Shown in pieces: positions 40,440 through 53,738 of a stretch of DNA of 64,000 nt. This DNA comes from Octopus sinensis (Eukaryota), in the NCBI RefSeq assembly GCF_006345805.1, contig NC_042998.1:170996001-171060000 (forward strand), read 5' to 3'. Positions within the stretch are counted from its first letter, which is position 1; every line of letters begins with the position of its first letter. Under the pieces are notes generated by a model. The model did not search any database. It saw only the letters and a list, made by a program, of their open reading frames with translations, and was not told the DNA's origin. The position numbers were made by a program, and so were the translations under genes.

Positions 40440-42240
40440 GAAAAGCTTTAAAATGAGACAACCGATGCAGACTTTGCAGAGTTCACACTGAAGATATTGT
40501 GCACATCATAAGCAGTTGTCCATAAATGTCATCACAGTATTATCTACCAATGAGATATGATGTTGTACTTAGGACGCTATAATGAAATCTGTCAGAAGGA
40601 GAATCCCAAGGACATAGGAATAAGAACCCACAATATGGTAGAAGCCACTCATAACCTCTCATAATAAAAAGGAATGCTGGTGGAGTGTACCAGTGAAGAC
40701 TAATATAAAATGTAATCACAATAGACCTGATATAATAATTTGGGATAGAGAAGAGAAATAGTGCACAGTTGTGGAAATTAGCTGCTCAGCAGATGTTAAC
40801 ATAAAGCTGAAGATCAGTGAAAAAGAGAACACCTATCCTGAACTATTGAGAAATCTGGAGTTACTCTATCCAGATTACAAGTTCAAGTTTTTACCTGTAA
40901 TTATTGGGGCCCTGGAAACTAGAAAGATACTGACCACTACTAGCAACTTCCACATTAATAGCAACACTGATAGGATTTATGTAAGAGAAAGCGATGGTGG
41001 TAGAGGCATAATGTCAGTCCAAGCAGCCTTTGAATGTAGCACTGTATCGGTCAAAGAACCCCTGCTGAACAGTAAAGAAAGAAATGAATACATATTCAAA
41101 AATGAGAGCAACAACATCCTCAGAGTTGGAGAAGAATCACTGTGTAGTTACTCTGAGAATACAACTAACCCTCATGCAACCCAAAGGAGGCTGGACTGGC
41201 CTACCTAAACAGAACCTTAGAGGAGAAGCAGGTATCATATTAACAAAAGGCAATGCATGGGTACATATCCCATAAGATAGAGGGAAACAACAGCATTGAC
41301 AGGAAGAGTAGCATCTCTTGTCTTTCAATAGATATATTACATCCTACCTAGAAGGATATGCCTTCACTCTCCAGGAACAAGACATAGCGACTAAATACCT
41401 GATAAACAAGAGAGACAAAGATACCAACAAACCTCCACATTATACTCTTTTACTCTTTTACTCTTTTATTTGTTTTAGTCTTTTGACTGTGGCCATGCTG
41501 GAGCACCGCCTTTAGTCGAGAAAATCGACCCAGGACTTATTCTTTAGAAGCCTAGTACTTATTTTATCGGTCCCTTTTGCTGAACTGCTAAGTTACAGGG
41601 ACGTAAACACATCACCATCGGTTGTCAAGCGATGTTGGGGGACAAACACAAACACACAAATATATATACACACATACATATATATATATATATACATATA
41701 TATGATGGGCTTCTTTCAGTTTCTGTCTACCAAATCCACCCACAAGGCATTGGTCGGCCCAAGGCTATAGTAGAAGACACTTGCCCAGGGTGCCACGCAG
41801 TGGGAATGAACCTGGAACCATGTGGTTGGTAAGCAAGCTACTTACCACAGAGCCACTCCTAAAAAAAAAATTATCAGCTCTGCTAAACCAGTGTGAAAGA
41901 TATCACCCACATCATCAGCAGCTACCCCAAAATGTCTACAAGATACTACCTACCCCTGAGCCACGATATAGTTACAAGGAATATTTACAATGCTATCCAC
42001 AGGAAGGACTGCTCTGACATATAAATCAAAGGATGTCAGAACCAGCAGGTATTCACACCTTTGAAAACAAAGAATATTGATGGAACACCCCAATAAATAC
42101 ATCAATTCAGTGCAAACATAAAAAGACCTGATATTGTTCTGTGGGACAGGGAACTGTTGTAGAGGTCAGCTGTCCAGTAGATGTGAAGTGAATGGACAAT
42201 CAAAAGTCCAGGAAAAAGAGAACATTTATGGTGAATTAAT
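40440..42240 (+). mobile_element. R4-like RLE retroelement fragments (two pieces; SINE inserted at 41443-41860)
   Basis: CRLC..HIISSC zinc motif; NRPDIIIWD..EIS..K endonuclease; DRIYV..GGRG RT-thumb motif. Confidence 0.7.
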
Positions 42241-43114
42241 GTAGAATCTCCATCTGAGATTCTTATGTGAATAGATGCACACACTTGAGTGTATGCATCA
42301 ACTGTTCAACAACCATACCAACTCAATCACATATTTACAAACACTTGGAACTTTCTTATGTCAAAAAGTCTTGTTGCTTTGTTAGCAACCGGCTTCAACT
42401 TTCTTGAGATCTTAAATAAAAATAAAAGAAAAATCATGAATACATACATATATATACTTATAGGCGTAGGAGCGGCTGTGTGGTAAGTAGCTTGCTTACC
42501 AACCACATGGTTCCGGGTTCAGTCCCACTGCATGGCACCTTGGGCAAGTGTCTTCTACTATAGCCTCAGGCCAACCAAAGCCTTGTGAGTGGATTTAGTA
42601 GATGGAAACTGAAAGAAGCCTGTCGTATTTATGTTTATATATATGTGTGTATGTTTGTGTGTCTGTGTTTGTTCCCCCAACATCGCTTGACAACCGATGC
42701 TGGTGTGTTTACGTCCCAGTAACTTAGTGGTTCGGCAAGAGAGGCCAATAGAATAAGTACTAGGCTTACAAAGAATAAGTTCTGGGCTCAATTTGCTCAA
42801 CTAAAGGCGGTGCTCCAGCATGGCCACAGTCAATTGACTGAAGCAAGTAAAGGTGTAAAAGAGTAAAAGATATAAATGTGTGTGTGTGTGGCCTGATATC
42901 CAAGTCTATAAGGGGAGCATTGTAATGGTTGGACGATTCTCTGAATGTGCATCATATGCTACACACACACACATACACACACACACACACACACACTTAT
43001 ATATGTATGTATATATTTATATAGGGAGAGTTTACGGAAAAAAACAAAAGAGGAAGACAGGTGGTGTACAAAACAAACAGATGTATTAGTATAATGCTCA
43101 GGAATAGAAAAAGT

Positions 43115-43150
43115 CTTTTACGTTTCGAGCCTACGCTCTTCTACAGAAAG
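43115..43150 (-). ncRNA. Minimal hammerhead-like motif in a Penelope-like repeat (~43020-43215)
   Basis: CTTT-CTGTAGA-A-GAGC(GTAG)GCTC-GAAA-CG-TA-AAAG. Confidence 0.45.
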
Positions 43151-43729
43151 GGACACAGAAAACAAGGAGAGAAAAAAAAGTGTGTGTAGTGGCTAACAAT
43201 CTATCATGGTATCTGACTCGGACATATTTATATATGGATAGTGACTGAGGGCGCTATTCAGCACCAGTATTGCTAGAATTAAGAGTCAAAATAACTGATA
43301 GCCACAATAACGGAGTGTCTAATTTACTGACAAGAGAGGCAAGCTCCCTGAGCACCAGACATAGCCAGTTTACCAGTGATTTTGCATTTACATTAATGTT
43401 CCTCAGTGGGTCTCACCAGTGCTTTGGATTAAACTTAACTTGCCTTGCCAGCTTATAAGATCGCTATAGAAATCATATGCTGATTTCATAAATAGTAAAT
43501 GTGTAAATTATAAATAATAAGGGTGGCTTGTTAGCAATTTTTCAACTGAAAGGCAAAAATATATGTCACTAAAGCATCATTGTCAGTAAATAAGACAGTA
43601 CATTATTGTGGCTGTGAGTTGTTTTAACTCTTATTTCTAGCAATACTGGTGCTGAATAGCATCCTCAGTTGCTTTAGTGATGTACGTACTTTTGCCTTTC
43701 AGTTGAAAAATTGCTAACAAGTCACTCTT

Positions 43730-43812
43730 ATTATATATATATATATACACACACACACATATATATACACACATAGATATACATACATACATATATATAT
43801 ACACACATAGAT

Positions 43813-43876
<64 letters not shown>

Positions 43877-44011
43877 ATAATAATGAAATTATTGTATACA
43901 GTGCTGAGGTGCACCACAACTTGTCAAAAGTGCATATAAAAAATATGCAGTAATGTACAAATGTCTGGAAAGTGAACAGTGTATGAGTCAGATACATACA
44001 TACATATATAC

Positions 44012-44043
<32 letters not shown>

Positions 44044-44050
44044 ACGGGAA

Positions 44051-44128
<78 letters not shown>

Positions 44129-44175
44129 ATATATAGATAGATAGATATAGATATAGATACATATAATATAGATAC

Positions 44176-44235
<60 letters not shown>

Positions 44236-44291
44236 ATGTATTGATTAAGTCTTTCCTTGTTGTTTTGCAAAGTAGTGGTTTTGTCTCGAAT

Positions 44292-44342
<51 letters not shown>

Positions 44343-44345
44343 TAT
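43730..44345. repeat. (TA)n/(TACA)n microsatellite cluster
   Basis: Direct inspection. Confidence 0.95.
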
Positions 44346-44547
44346 AAATTGAAGTGTACAGTATTATGCATCCATTATGGCCAATCTTACTGAACAGTTT
44401 TGCACTAGGGCTTCAATGGAGTGTTAGGTAACAATGTGATTATATAACCCTGCGCTCTTCATAGATGGCAGTTACAGAATGAAATATGGTGACTACTCTG
44501 GTGCGTGTAGTTAATTGGCAAAATATGACCCTCCCCAAGTATAAAAT

Positions 44548-44582
<35 letters not shown>

Positions 44583-46689
44583 TTATATTCTTATACTTGA
44601 GGATGGTTAAAATTTTCCAATTAACCATATGCACAATATGTTTGGTCTTTTTATCGGTTTTATCATGATTATTCATGTTCCTTTGTCATAGCTCTTCCAT
44701 CACACATCCTGTGACATATTCAGTGACGCTTTAGACCACGTGTCTCCTCTTGATAAAAAGAAACACGTGGGCTAAAGAGCCATTGAAGAGATTACAGGAT
44801 GTATGATGAAAGAATTTTAACAAAGAAGCAATAATAATAATAATAAAGCTGAACTGAAGACCAAATATTTGTTACTCTACCAAATATATATGTTTTATTT
44901 ATTATTTGCACTTTACTTAATCATTGTTATGTTTTATCTTATATTTAATCTTTCGACAAGATGTAATTTTTCTAAATAGTATAATTTAATTTTTCCTTAT
45001 TGAATTGATAAAAGGTGTTTTTTTAAAAATTTATATATATATATTATATTTTGTGAAATTTGATTTAGTATTTCTAAATTGAATTTTTCCCTGTAAGTTT
45101 GGAATAATATTCCCTCATATTATAATTATATATATAAATGTATGTATATATATTTCAATACACCCCCCCACACACACATTGAATGTTTTTATATCAGTTA
45201 TAATAAAAACAGCTTAACATTAAACTAATGATTTTCTCAGTGCTTTTTTGAAGAGTATGTATTTATTAGAAATATTATATATAGTTTGCATATCCTATAA
45301 ATATATGCTTATATATATGTATATATGTATGTATATATACACACGCACACAGGTAAATATATATATACACACATATACATGCACATATTATAAATCTGTG
45401 TGTGTGTGTGTTTATGTGCATACCAGAGAAGTCTTAGGCCAACAGGTCTTGGGGTCTGATGATACACCATAAAGTTAAACCCTTTATGTATGGAAAACCC
45501 AGGGTAACCCCATAAACTGGCCTCAGCCTTCCCCAGTAAAAAACATATACTGCTCTACTCCTTACAGTGTGCTTCTTCTCTGGATTTATGTTTTCTAAAA
45601 GTTATATAATATATATATATATATATATATAATATATATATATAATGTACAAACATATATTTATATACATACATATTTATACATGCATAGATACATATAT
45701 AGTTTTGTATAAAATGGGAGAGAGAGATCAGGGAGAGAAGATATTAATAAAATAGATATCAAACAAACTTTTCAGTTTGAGACATCTTTTTAGACATCCA
45801 AAGCCAAAGCTATTTATAGCCTTAAAGAACATTCCATTTAATTTTAACTGAACATATTAAATAACAACAAATGAATATATATATATATATAGCCAACCTA
45901 TAGAATCCGTGTATATAACTGTATAAGGCCAGTTTGGTTCCTGAGTACATCAAAGTTTTTGGTTTAAAAGGTATCCAGATTCTAAAATAAATGCTCAAAA
46001 TATATAAATGTAGAAAAAACTTTAAAATGGCAACAGAAATTATGACAGAAAGCCAAAATCCTCAACAACATTGCATGTGTTACAGGAAATGTGATAATAT
46101 GGCCTATATATTTTTAGTAATATATTTATATTATGATTAAGTCTTTTATGAGTGACTAATAAACGGCTCACATAACATATTGATTAGTTTCATGCCAGGT
46201 GTTCAGTATTTTTTGTTTGTTTTTGGCAATCAATGTAATGGGCCTTCTGCTTCATGATATATTAATTATAAACAGATGGGTGGTGGTCGAATAACACAAT
46301 TATTAGAGTATTTGATAAAGGCTATGGGTGTCATCTAGTTCTATCCCTTTTGAGCTCTGAGTTCAAATTTTACCAAAATCATCTTTGCCTGTATATTTTA
46401 ACAGGTATATATACCCAAACATCATGTAACATACACTTCCTGCCTGACCTTAAAAACTAAATTATACCTCAAAATCAACTCATCAAAAGCTAAAAAAAAT
46501 AATCATAAGCTATACAGAACAAAGAATACTCACAGCTGGTTTACTAATATATATGTGTGCATGTGTGTGCACATGCATTAACCTGCAATCTCCCACAACA
46601 TAGCTATCTATTGCATGTGCTGGTATGACATATCCTCCATCTTCCACTAGATCATCCTACCAGGGCTTTACACTCATTCAACACATCAG

Positions 46690-46860
46690 CTGTGGGCTGG
46701 AAGAGGCCTCGTCACAGGCCCTGCATCAGATGGTTGGATATGATTGAGGAAGATCTCCAGAGGCTTGACATCACTCTGGAGAATGCAGAGGGGCTGGCAT
46801 GGGCCCACCAGTGATGGAGAGCACTAGTAAACCTGGTCAGTTCTACACATGATGATACCT
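46690..46860 (+). mobile_element. RTE-like LINE C-terminal fragment (different family)
   Basis: RPCIRWLDMIEEDLQRLDITLENAEGLA...WRALV. Confidence 0.55.
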
Positions 46861-47277
46861 CTGGGACCACTAAATAGGAATGATCCCCAGTCCCATCAAG
46901 CAAGAGTATGAAGCCAGGCCAAGCATGTGTATGTATATGGTTAACTTTGGAGGTTAATAGAACAAATATTGGGGCAAGGGGTAGTTTATTTGGTTACATT
47001 CTTTCCCTAAATTTATGATCAAAGTTATATTGATATTTTTTGTTGCTGTTAAAACAAAAACAAAATTATTATTTAGATTAAAAACTTTTAATCTCTAATT
47101 TAATCTAATTTTGCTTTTGGTGAGACTTTCTGCTTACATTATCACTCTATATATCAGTATCAGAGTGCGTAGGTGTGTGTGCATGTGTGCGCACATGTGT
47201 GTGTGAGTGCATGTGTGTGTGTATGTGTGCATGTGTGTGTGTGTGTGTGTGTGTGTGAATGTGTGTGTGTGTGTGTG

Positions 47278-47309
<32 letters not shown>

Positions 47310-47989
47310 GTGTGTGTCCATGTGTGGTAGTGTGTTATCGTTATCAATATCATTAATTTGAACTCAGCTATTTTTGCCTGTTTAGCAAGTAAACACCTTT
47401 GTATACTGTCATGGATTTAATAGGCACTTTAGATATTGTGTGTTTTCAATTGTATGTTATTCAAAGATTTGGGTCATACCAATACGTGACACAGAGTACC
47501 TAAATTACTCTATCACTTGAAACTCAGTTACACTCTGTATGTAAAAAGTCATCACCAAGCACATATTCAATATCAATGCCCTGAGTTCAAACCCTGTTTG
47601 GATTGTCTTTATTTGTGATCCTTGAGGGGTCAATAAAAGTAAATACAAGTCTAGTAGAGTGCAAGGATGACTGTGTGGGTAAGATCACTTTGCAATCACG
47701 TGGTTCCAGGTTTAATTTCATTTCATAGCATCTTGGGAAAAGGTTTATCCACTATAGAGTTGGGTTGACTAATTCCTTGACAGTGGACCTCATATATCCT
47801 TGATATCAGAATACACATCACTTGGACAACTTAACTCAGTTCTCCTCAGTACCTCCCCAGTCTGTATGGCCAGCAAAAGTTACCTCAAAAACATACTATC
47901 CACTCCAATTATGAAGAAAAGAGAGGATAAAACCAATAAACTGTCCACAGTCTGTCTACCCTATGTGAAAGGTCTCTCCGAAAAGATAC

Positions 47990-48883
47990 TGTAGTAGACT
48001 CTCTCTTTCTCTGTTATATATACATGAATATGGATGTAGTAGATAACAGCTAGCCTTCGGCTACTCTTTTGTACCCTGTTGTATCCACTACTCTGATTGG
48101 TTGGTATTGGCACAAGTTGTCTCTTGCTCTATTGTGCACCAATATGCAACCCAATTAATCGCAGCCTTCTGATAAGATCACATGAGACAATCTCTTCTAA
48201 ACCTTCGTTTGCACTGACTGGTCCCTATAAAAAGCTAGTTTCAACACCGTATTTTGTCTTTGGTTCTAGACCTTCTAAGATCTAGCCACTGACCACTGAG
48301 CACACAGCCAGTTCCAGCGACAACACCAGTAGCCACATGGAGAAACATCAACACTTTGTCCAGCAGCATACAGGACCTCAATCTCTGTCACCTCCGTCTT
48401 AATGTTGTCAACAACATCTTATTACATACACAGCAACCATCAACATTCATTCAGGTTCATCTCAACACTGTTTGTGAATTACTTTACCATGGCTAACAGC
48501 AAACCCAACCTGCGAGAACTCCTGTACCAATTAACCTGACTCTGCATTGCTGCCTCAACTTCTTGTTACAGCACTTCAACTATCGTGTACTTTGACTATG
48601 AACTGGTATTTATCATTGTGTCTGAACATTCTTCAATACTCTGTATTTTAATGCACACATTATGAATACATGACGGCCTGTCTATTATTATGTATATACA
48701 TGACGCATACACACACATGTTAACACATAAATAAAACCTTTCTTTTAAACATTCTACCGGTTGTGTCTCTCTTTTCCTTCTGGCACTTATACTCATTTAT
48801 CCTTTTCATATTTATGTTAATCGACCGTGTAGTGTACTAAAGGAGCCATTCTCGTCACCTCTCCTTCGCACGGTCGTTCTACA
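47990..48883 (+). mobile_element. Solo LTR (894 bp)
   Basis: TGTAG...CTACA termini; 4-bp TSD atac/atgc; removal restores EKIQKIC; internal TATAAAA (~48226) and AATAAA (~48730). Confidence 0.8.
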
Positions 48884-49422
48884 ATGCAAAAGATATGCAG
48901 CCCATATGACATCAGGACAGTATTCAAGAGTAATACAACACTTCACAAATATCTCCTTCAAGTAAAACCACCAGTAGAAGAGAATATGACCAAAGACTAT
49001 GTGTAATCCATCCTATGCAGATGTGGTAGGTTATACAAAGGTGAAACATGCTGCCCCCTCAAAATAAGGGTAGGCGAACATTGCAAAGCTGTGACACAAG
49101 GAGATATTGATAAATCGGGTATAGCTGATCATGTATGGAAAAATGGAGACCACCTCCCCCTGTGAGCTGAAGTTAAAATAATAGACAGAGAACACAACTG
49201 GAAAATACGAAAACTAAAAGAAGCAGCACATATGCTAGGACACAACAACCTCCTAAGCAGACTGAGAGCAGATATGAGTAGCATATGGGAACCGGTATTA
49301 AGGAAGGATAGGAAAATATTAGATTTATAAACCCTAAAATTCACTCCATAATTGCCCACAGGTATATGGTTAAGAGCGCAGGCTACTGACCCCAAGACTC
49401 CGAGTTCGATTCCAAGCAGTGA

Positions 49423-49426
<4 letters not shown>

Positions 49427-49469
<43 letters not shown>

Positions 49470-49499
49470 GTAATGATAATGATAATAATAATAATAATA

Positions 49500-49544
<45 letters not shown>

Positions 49545-49569
49545 TAATAATGATAATAATAATATAATA

Positions 49570-49623
<54 letters not shown>

Positions 49624-49646
49624 TAATAATAATAATAATAATAATG

Positions 49647-49685
<39 letters not shown>

Positions 49686-49720
49686 TAATGATAATAATAA
49701 TAATAATAATGATAATAATG

Positions 49721-49793
<73 letters not shown>

Positions 49794-49812
49794 TAACAAC
49801 AACAACAACAAC
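49427..49812. repeat. (AAT)n microsatellite, ~385 bp
   Basis: Direct inspection; similar arrays at 9580-9763, 51230-51380 and 55160-55430. Confidence 0.95.
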
Positions 49813-49860
49813 ATCTAAAAATACTTTAGGAATGAGAACCCAGGTTCGGAATTTCCCCAG

Positions 49861-49905
49861 GACACTGATGAAGGCTGGAGGGTATATCAGCCAAAATGTT
49901 GTGTT
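49861..49905 (+). ncRNA. Degenerate hammerhead-ribozyme motif in the Penelope terminal repeat
   Basis: GACA-CTGATGA-A-GGCTG(10-nt loop)CAGCC-AAAA-TG-TT-GTGTT; differs from GAAACGTT by two CpG-type transitions. Confidence 0.55.
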
Positions 49906-51287
49906 AACAAAAAACAAGATGAGGACAAATATTCGTCAAATGTAAATAATGTATAGGCATGCTCACTCCGGGGCAGCATGTGGCTTTGTGGTTAGGGTGC
50001 TAGACTCATGATTGTAAGATTGTGGTTTTGATTCCTGGACTGGGCCGATGCATTATGTTCTTGTGCAAAACACTTCATTTCATGTTGCTCCAGTCCACTC
50101 AGTTGGCAAAAATGAGTAATGCTGCAATGGACCAGCATCCTATCCAGGTGGAGAATATATATGCCATGAAACAGGGAAACTGACCCTTGTGAGTCAGTAT
50201 GACTCAAGAAGGTAACTTTACTTTTACTCAGCCCTGATCTTGGCTAAACAGCAATAATAACAAGAATAACACCAACACTCCCTTGTTATAATTTGCAGTA
50301 TCTAATTAGACATTCATTTCTAATTAGTGGTGGCACATAAAAAGCACCATCCGACCGTGGCCGTTTTTACCAGCCCCATCTGGCCCCTGTGCAGGTGGCA
50401 CGTAAAAAGCACCCACTACACTCACAGAATGGTTGGCGTTAGGAAGGGCATCCAGCTGTAGAAACACTGCCAGATCAGACTGGGCCTGGCGCAGCCTTCT
50501 GGATTCCCAGGCCCCAGTTGAACCGTCCAACCCATGCTAGCATGGAAAACGGACGTTAAACGATGATGATGATGATGATGATTTCACATCAAGTTCTGAA
50601 TTGTTGAAGTACAGCATAAACTACCCATGTTAGATTTTAGCTTCAGGACACTGAATCCTTAAAAGAGTCTATGCTTTCTAAAATTTGCCAATATTACTTT
50701 TGACGTGCCTTTGTACCCTTTTCCCCATTATGATTTTTTAATTGTTCATTTTTCTATCTTTTTGCATTTTATTCTGTGTGCAGTGGATTCACTTTGGCTA
50801 TCATTGCTCTCTTTCTTTACTTAACTTATTACTACTTTCTGTCTTTGCTTTCGACTTTTTCTGATGAGTTGTTGTGCACCTGAGCCCTATACACTATAAA
50901 CTCATTATTGATTAGCTGGCGGAATTGTTAGCATGTTGTGTGTAGGAGTGTGTAGGAGTGGTAAGTAGCTTGTTTACCAACTGCATGGTTCCGGCATGAA
51001 ATAAGTACCAGTGAAGTACTGGTGTTGATGTAATTGACTTTCCCATCCCTTAAAATTACTGAATTTATGACAAAATTTAAAACCATTATTGTTATTATTA
51101 TTGTTGTTCTTGTTATTTTATCATTTGTCACTCACCATCTGTTGTTGTTGGTGTAATACTGGTGCCAGATGTCCCGGAGCAGTGGAGTGAGGTGGCTCCT
51201 TTAATTGTCAAGTACTTTTCTAAGTATTCTATAATAATAATAATAATAATAATAATAAGGATAATGATAATAATGATGATGATGATG

Positions 51288-51380
<93 letters not shown>

Positions 51381-51837
51381 TTTTATTGTATACAGTGCTC
51401 AGGTGTACTACAACTCATCAGAAAAAGTAATTAAAACTAACAGTTCCAAGGAGTGTTGTTCTCTGCATCATCATCATCACCATCATTGCCACTGTTGTCG
51501 TCTTCGTTGTTGTCATCATTGTCATCGTTGTTGTCATCATTGTCATCATCATCATCATCATCATCAAGGCAGCAAGCTGGCAGAATTGTTAGCAGGCCAG
51601 GCAAAAATGCTTAGCCATCTTTCATCCATCTTTACATACTGATTTCAAAATTCCACCAAGGTTGGCTTTGCCTTTTCATCTTTACAAGGTCAATACAATA
51701 AGTACCAATTGATCACCAGGGTTGATGTAATTGCCTTATCCTCTTCCCTGAAAATGCTCAAAATTTGAAACCATTATGACTATTTTAATATCATTATTAT
51801 TATTACTATTATTATTATTATTATTATTATTGTTATT

Positions 51838-52392
51838 GAGTGAGAGAGCAGTGCATGCTATCAAAGTGACACTGGAGTAAAATTTACGAAGCCCAGTATA
51901 CCCATCATGACTACCTGTCTGATAAAGGTACACTAGGCACATGCATCACAACCATCTGTGTGTGACATGGTGATCTAATGTCAAGATAAACAACACATGA
52001 CCTTGCAGGTGGGGCCCAGTTAGAATTTTTTCTGGTCGAGTAACCCACCCCGCTCAAAAGGTCCCTGAATAAGGGTTGTTTAACGATGTTGAACGAAACA
52101 CCCATGTTTCCTGAGGTGAATTATTCAAACCCCAAAGAATCCCTCTCAACACATGGCTATGATGCTCCTCCACTACTTCTACTCATGATCAGAGATGCAC
52201 ATATTGTCAGCCACTAAGGGACACGGTCAACTGGTTAAGGTCAAACAACTGACAAGCAAATCTGTGGTATTGAGCAGAATATTTGCTGTAGCCCATCTTT
52301 TATACCAAGACAAAACAATGTACATGATAACACTTCCAATCAGTTAAGATCAGAAGCCATGAGAGCCACTGCCTGGTACTGCATCAGGGCAT
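51838..52392. mobile_element. ~555-bp non-coding element flanked by (TAT)n; copies at 53738-54205 and 53481-53566 (partial)
   Basis: Near-identical dispersed copies, each abutting a (TAT)n array; no long ORF. Confidence 0.7.
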
Positions 52393-52662
52393 TTATTATT
52401 ATTATTATTATTATTTTTATTATTGTTATTGATTTGACTCAGGTTTGATCGTATTCTTGGTAGGATTTATGTGGGTAGCAGGCTACTATCTGTAACCTTA
52501 GGTATCCACAAGCTTTCAATAGACTTTCAAGTGCTTAAGACCCTCCTGATAATCTTTTCTGTTCCAAAGAAGCAAACTTTCTAGGGAAGATCTACAGGAC
52601 ATTCTATTCTAATCTCCTTCAACCATTTGTCTATATCTTTCCTTATAGTTCCCAAAGCACCA

Positions 52663-52707
<45 letters not shown>

Positions 52708-52896
52708 GTTGTTGTTGTTGTTGTTGTTGTTTTTTCTTCTTTCTTCAAATTTTCTTCCATTTCTCGCCGAGTGTTTTCCGTACACCTAGGTCAGAGAAGC
52801 TATTGTATGCATTCCCAGATTACACACGCAAATTCACAGGTAAAATATGTATTTAAAAAATTAATAAATAAATAAATTTATGAATGGATGTTGTTT

Positions 52897-53450
52897 TCAC
52901 AGCGATAATGCTCTTCTCAGTATATGAGTTGTTCCAGTTAACAGGATTTTTTGCACTTCCTGTATGGATGGTAAGCCTGGTATCATTTTTAAATAGATTT
53001 CAGTACCTTTTTTTATCATTCCTAGAGATCCTACAATCACTGGGAGTGTAGTTGCCTTGAGATGCCACATTTTTTCAATTTCTATTAGCAAGTCTTTATA
53101 TTTACTGATCTTGTCAAATTCTTTTGCTGCTATATTGTGATTGCAAGGAATACTCATGTCAATTAATAAACACACCTTTTTTGTCTGATCTTTTATAATA
53201 ATATCCGGTTTATTAGCTTTTATAGTTTTGTCGGTATGTATGGGGAAGTCCTATAGAATCAACACATTGTTTCCCTCAGTCACAACTTCAGGATGGTGTT
53301 TATACAATTTGTCAGCGGTTTTGATTTTATAATGCCAACATATTGTCCAGTGTAAATACTGGTCGACTCTGTCATGTCTTGCTTTTTTATATTCTACAGG
53401 CACTAAGACTCTACACCCTGAGATTAGGTGGTCTATAGTTTCAATCTCAA

Positions 53451-53481
<31 letters not shown>

Positions 53482-53692
53482 GAGTGAGAGAGCAGTGCAT
53501 GCTATCAAAGTGACACTGGGGTAAAATATACGAAGCCCAGTATACCCATCATGACTACCCGTCTGATTTTATAATGCCAACATATTGTCCAGTGTAAATA
53601 CTGGTCGACTCAGTCATGTCTTGCTTTTTTATATTCTACAGGTACTAAGACTCTACCCCCTGAGATTAGGTGGTCTATAGTTTCAATCTCAA

Positions 53693-53738
<46 letters not shown>

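Larger units (their letters stand above)
47880..49955 (+). mobile_element. Penelope-like element (GIY-YIG region and 3' terminal repeat), split by a solo LTR
   Basis: LPYVKGLSEKI/QKICSPYDIRTVFK...CGRLYKGET..LKIRVGEH...SGIADHVW...RKLKEA; followed by a tRNA-like box, (AAT)n and a hammerhead-like motif. Confidence 0.8.

Noticed and set aside
49129-49945. Long poly-Ile/Leu/Tyr/Asn ORFs (and similar YIYI, CVCV, HTHT ORFs throughout)
   Set aside because: Translations of stop-free microsatellites.
50861-50910. CTGATGAG as a hammerhead core
   Set aside because: No stem II or GAAA partner follows.
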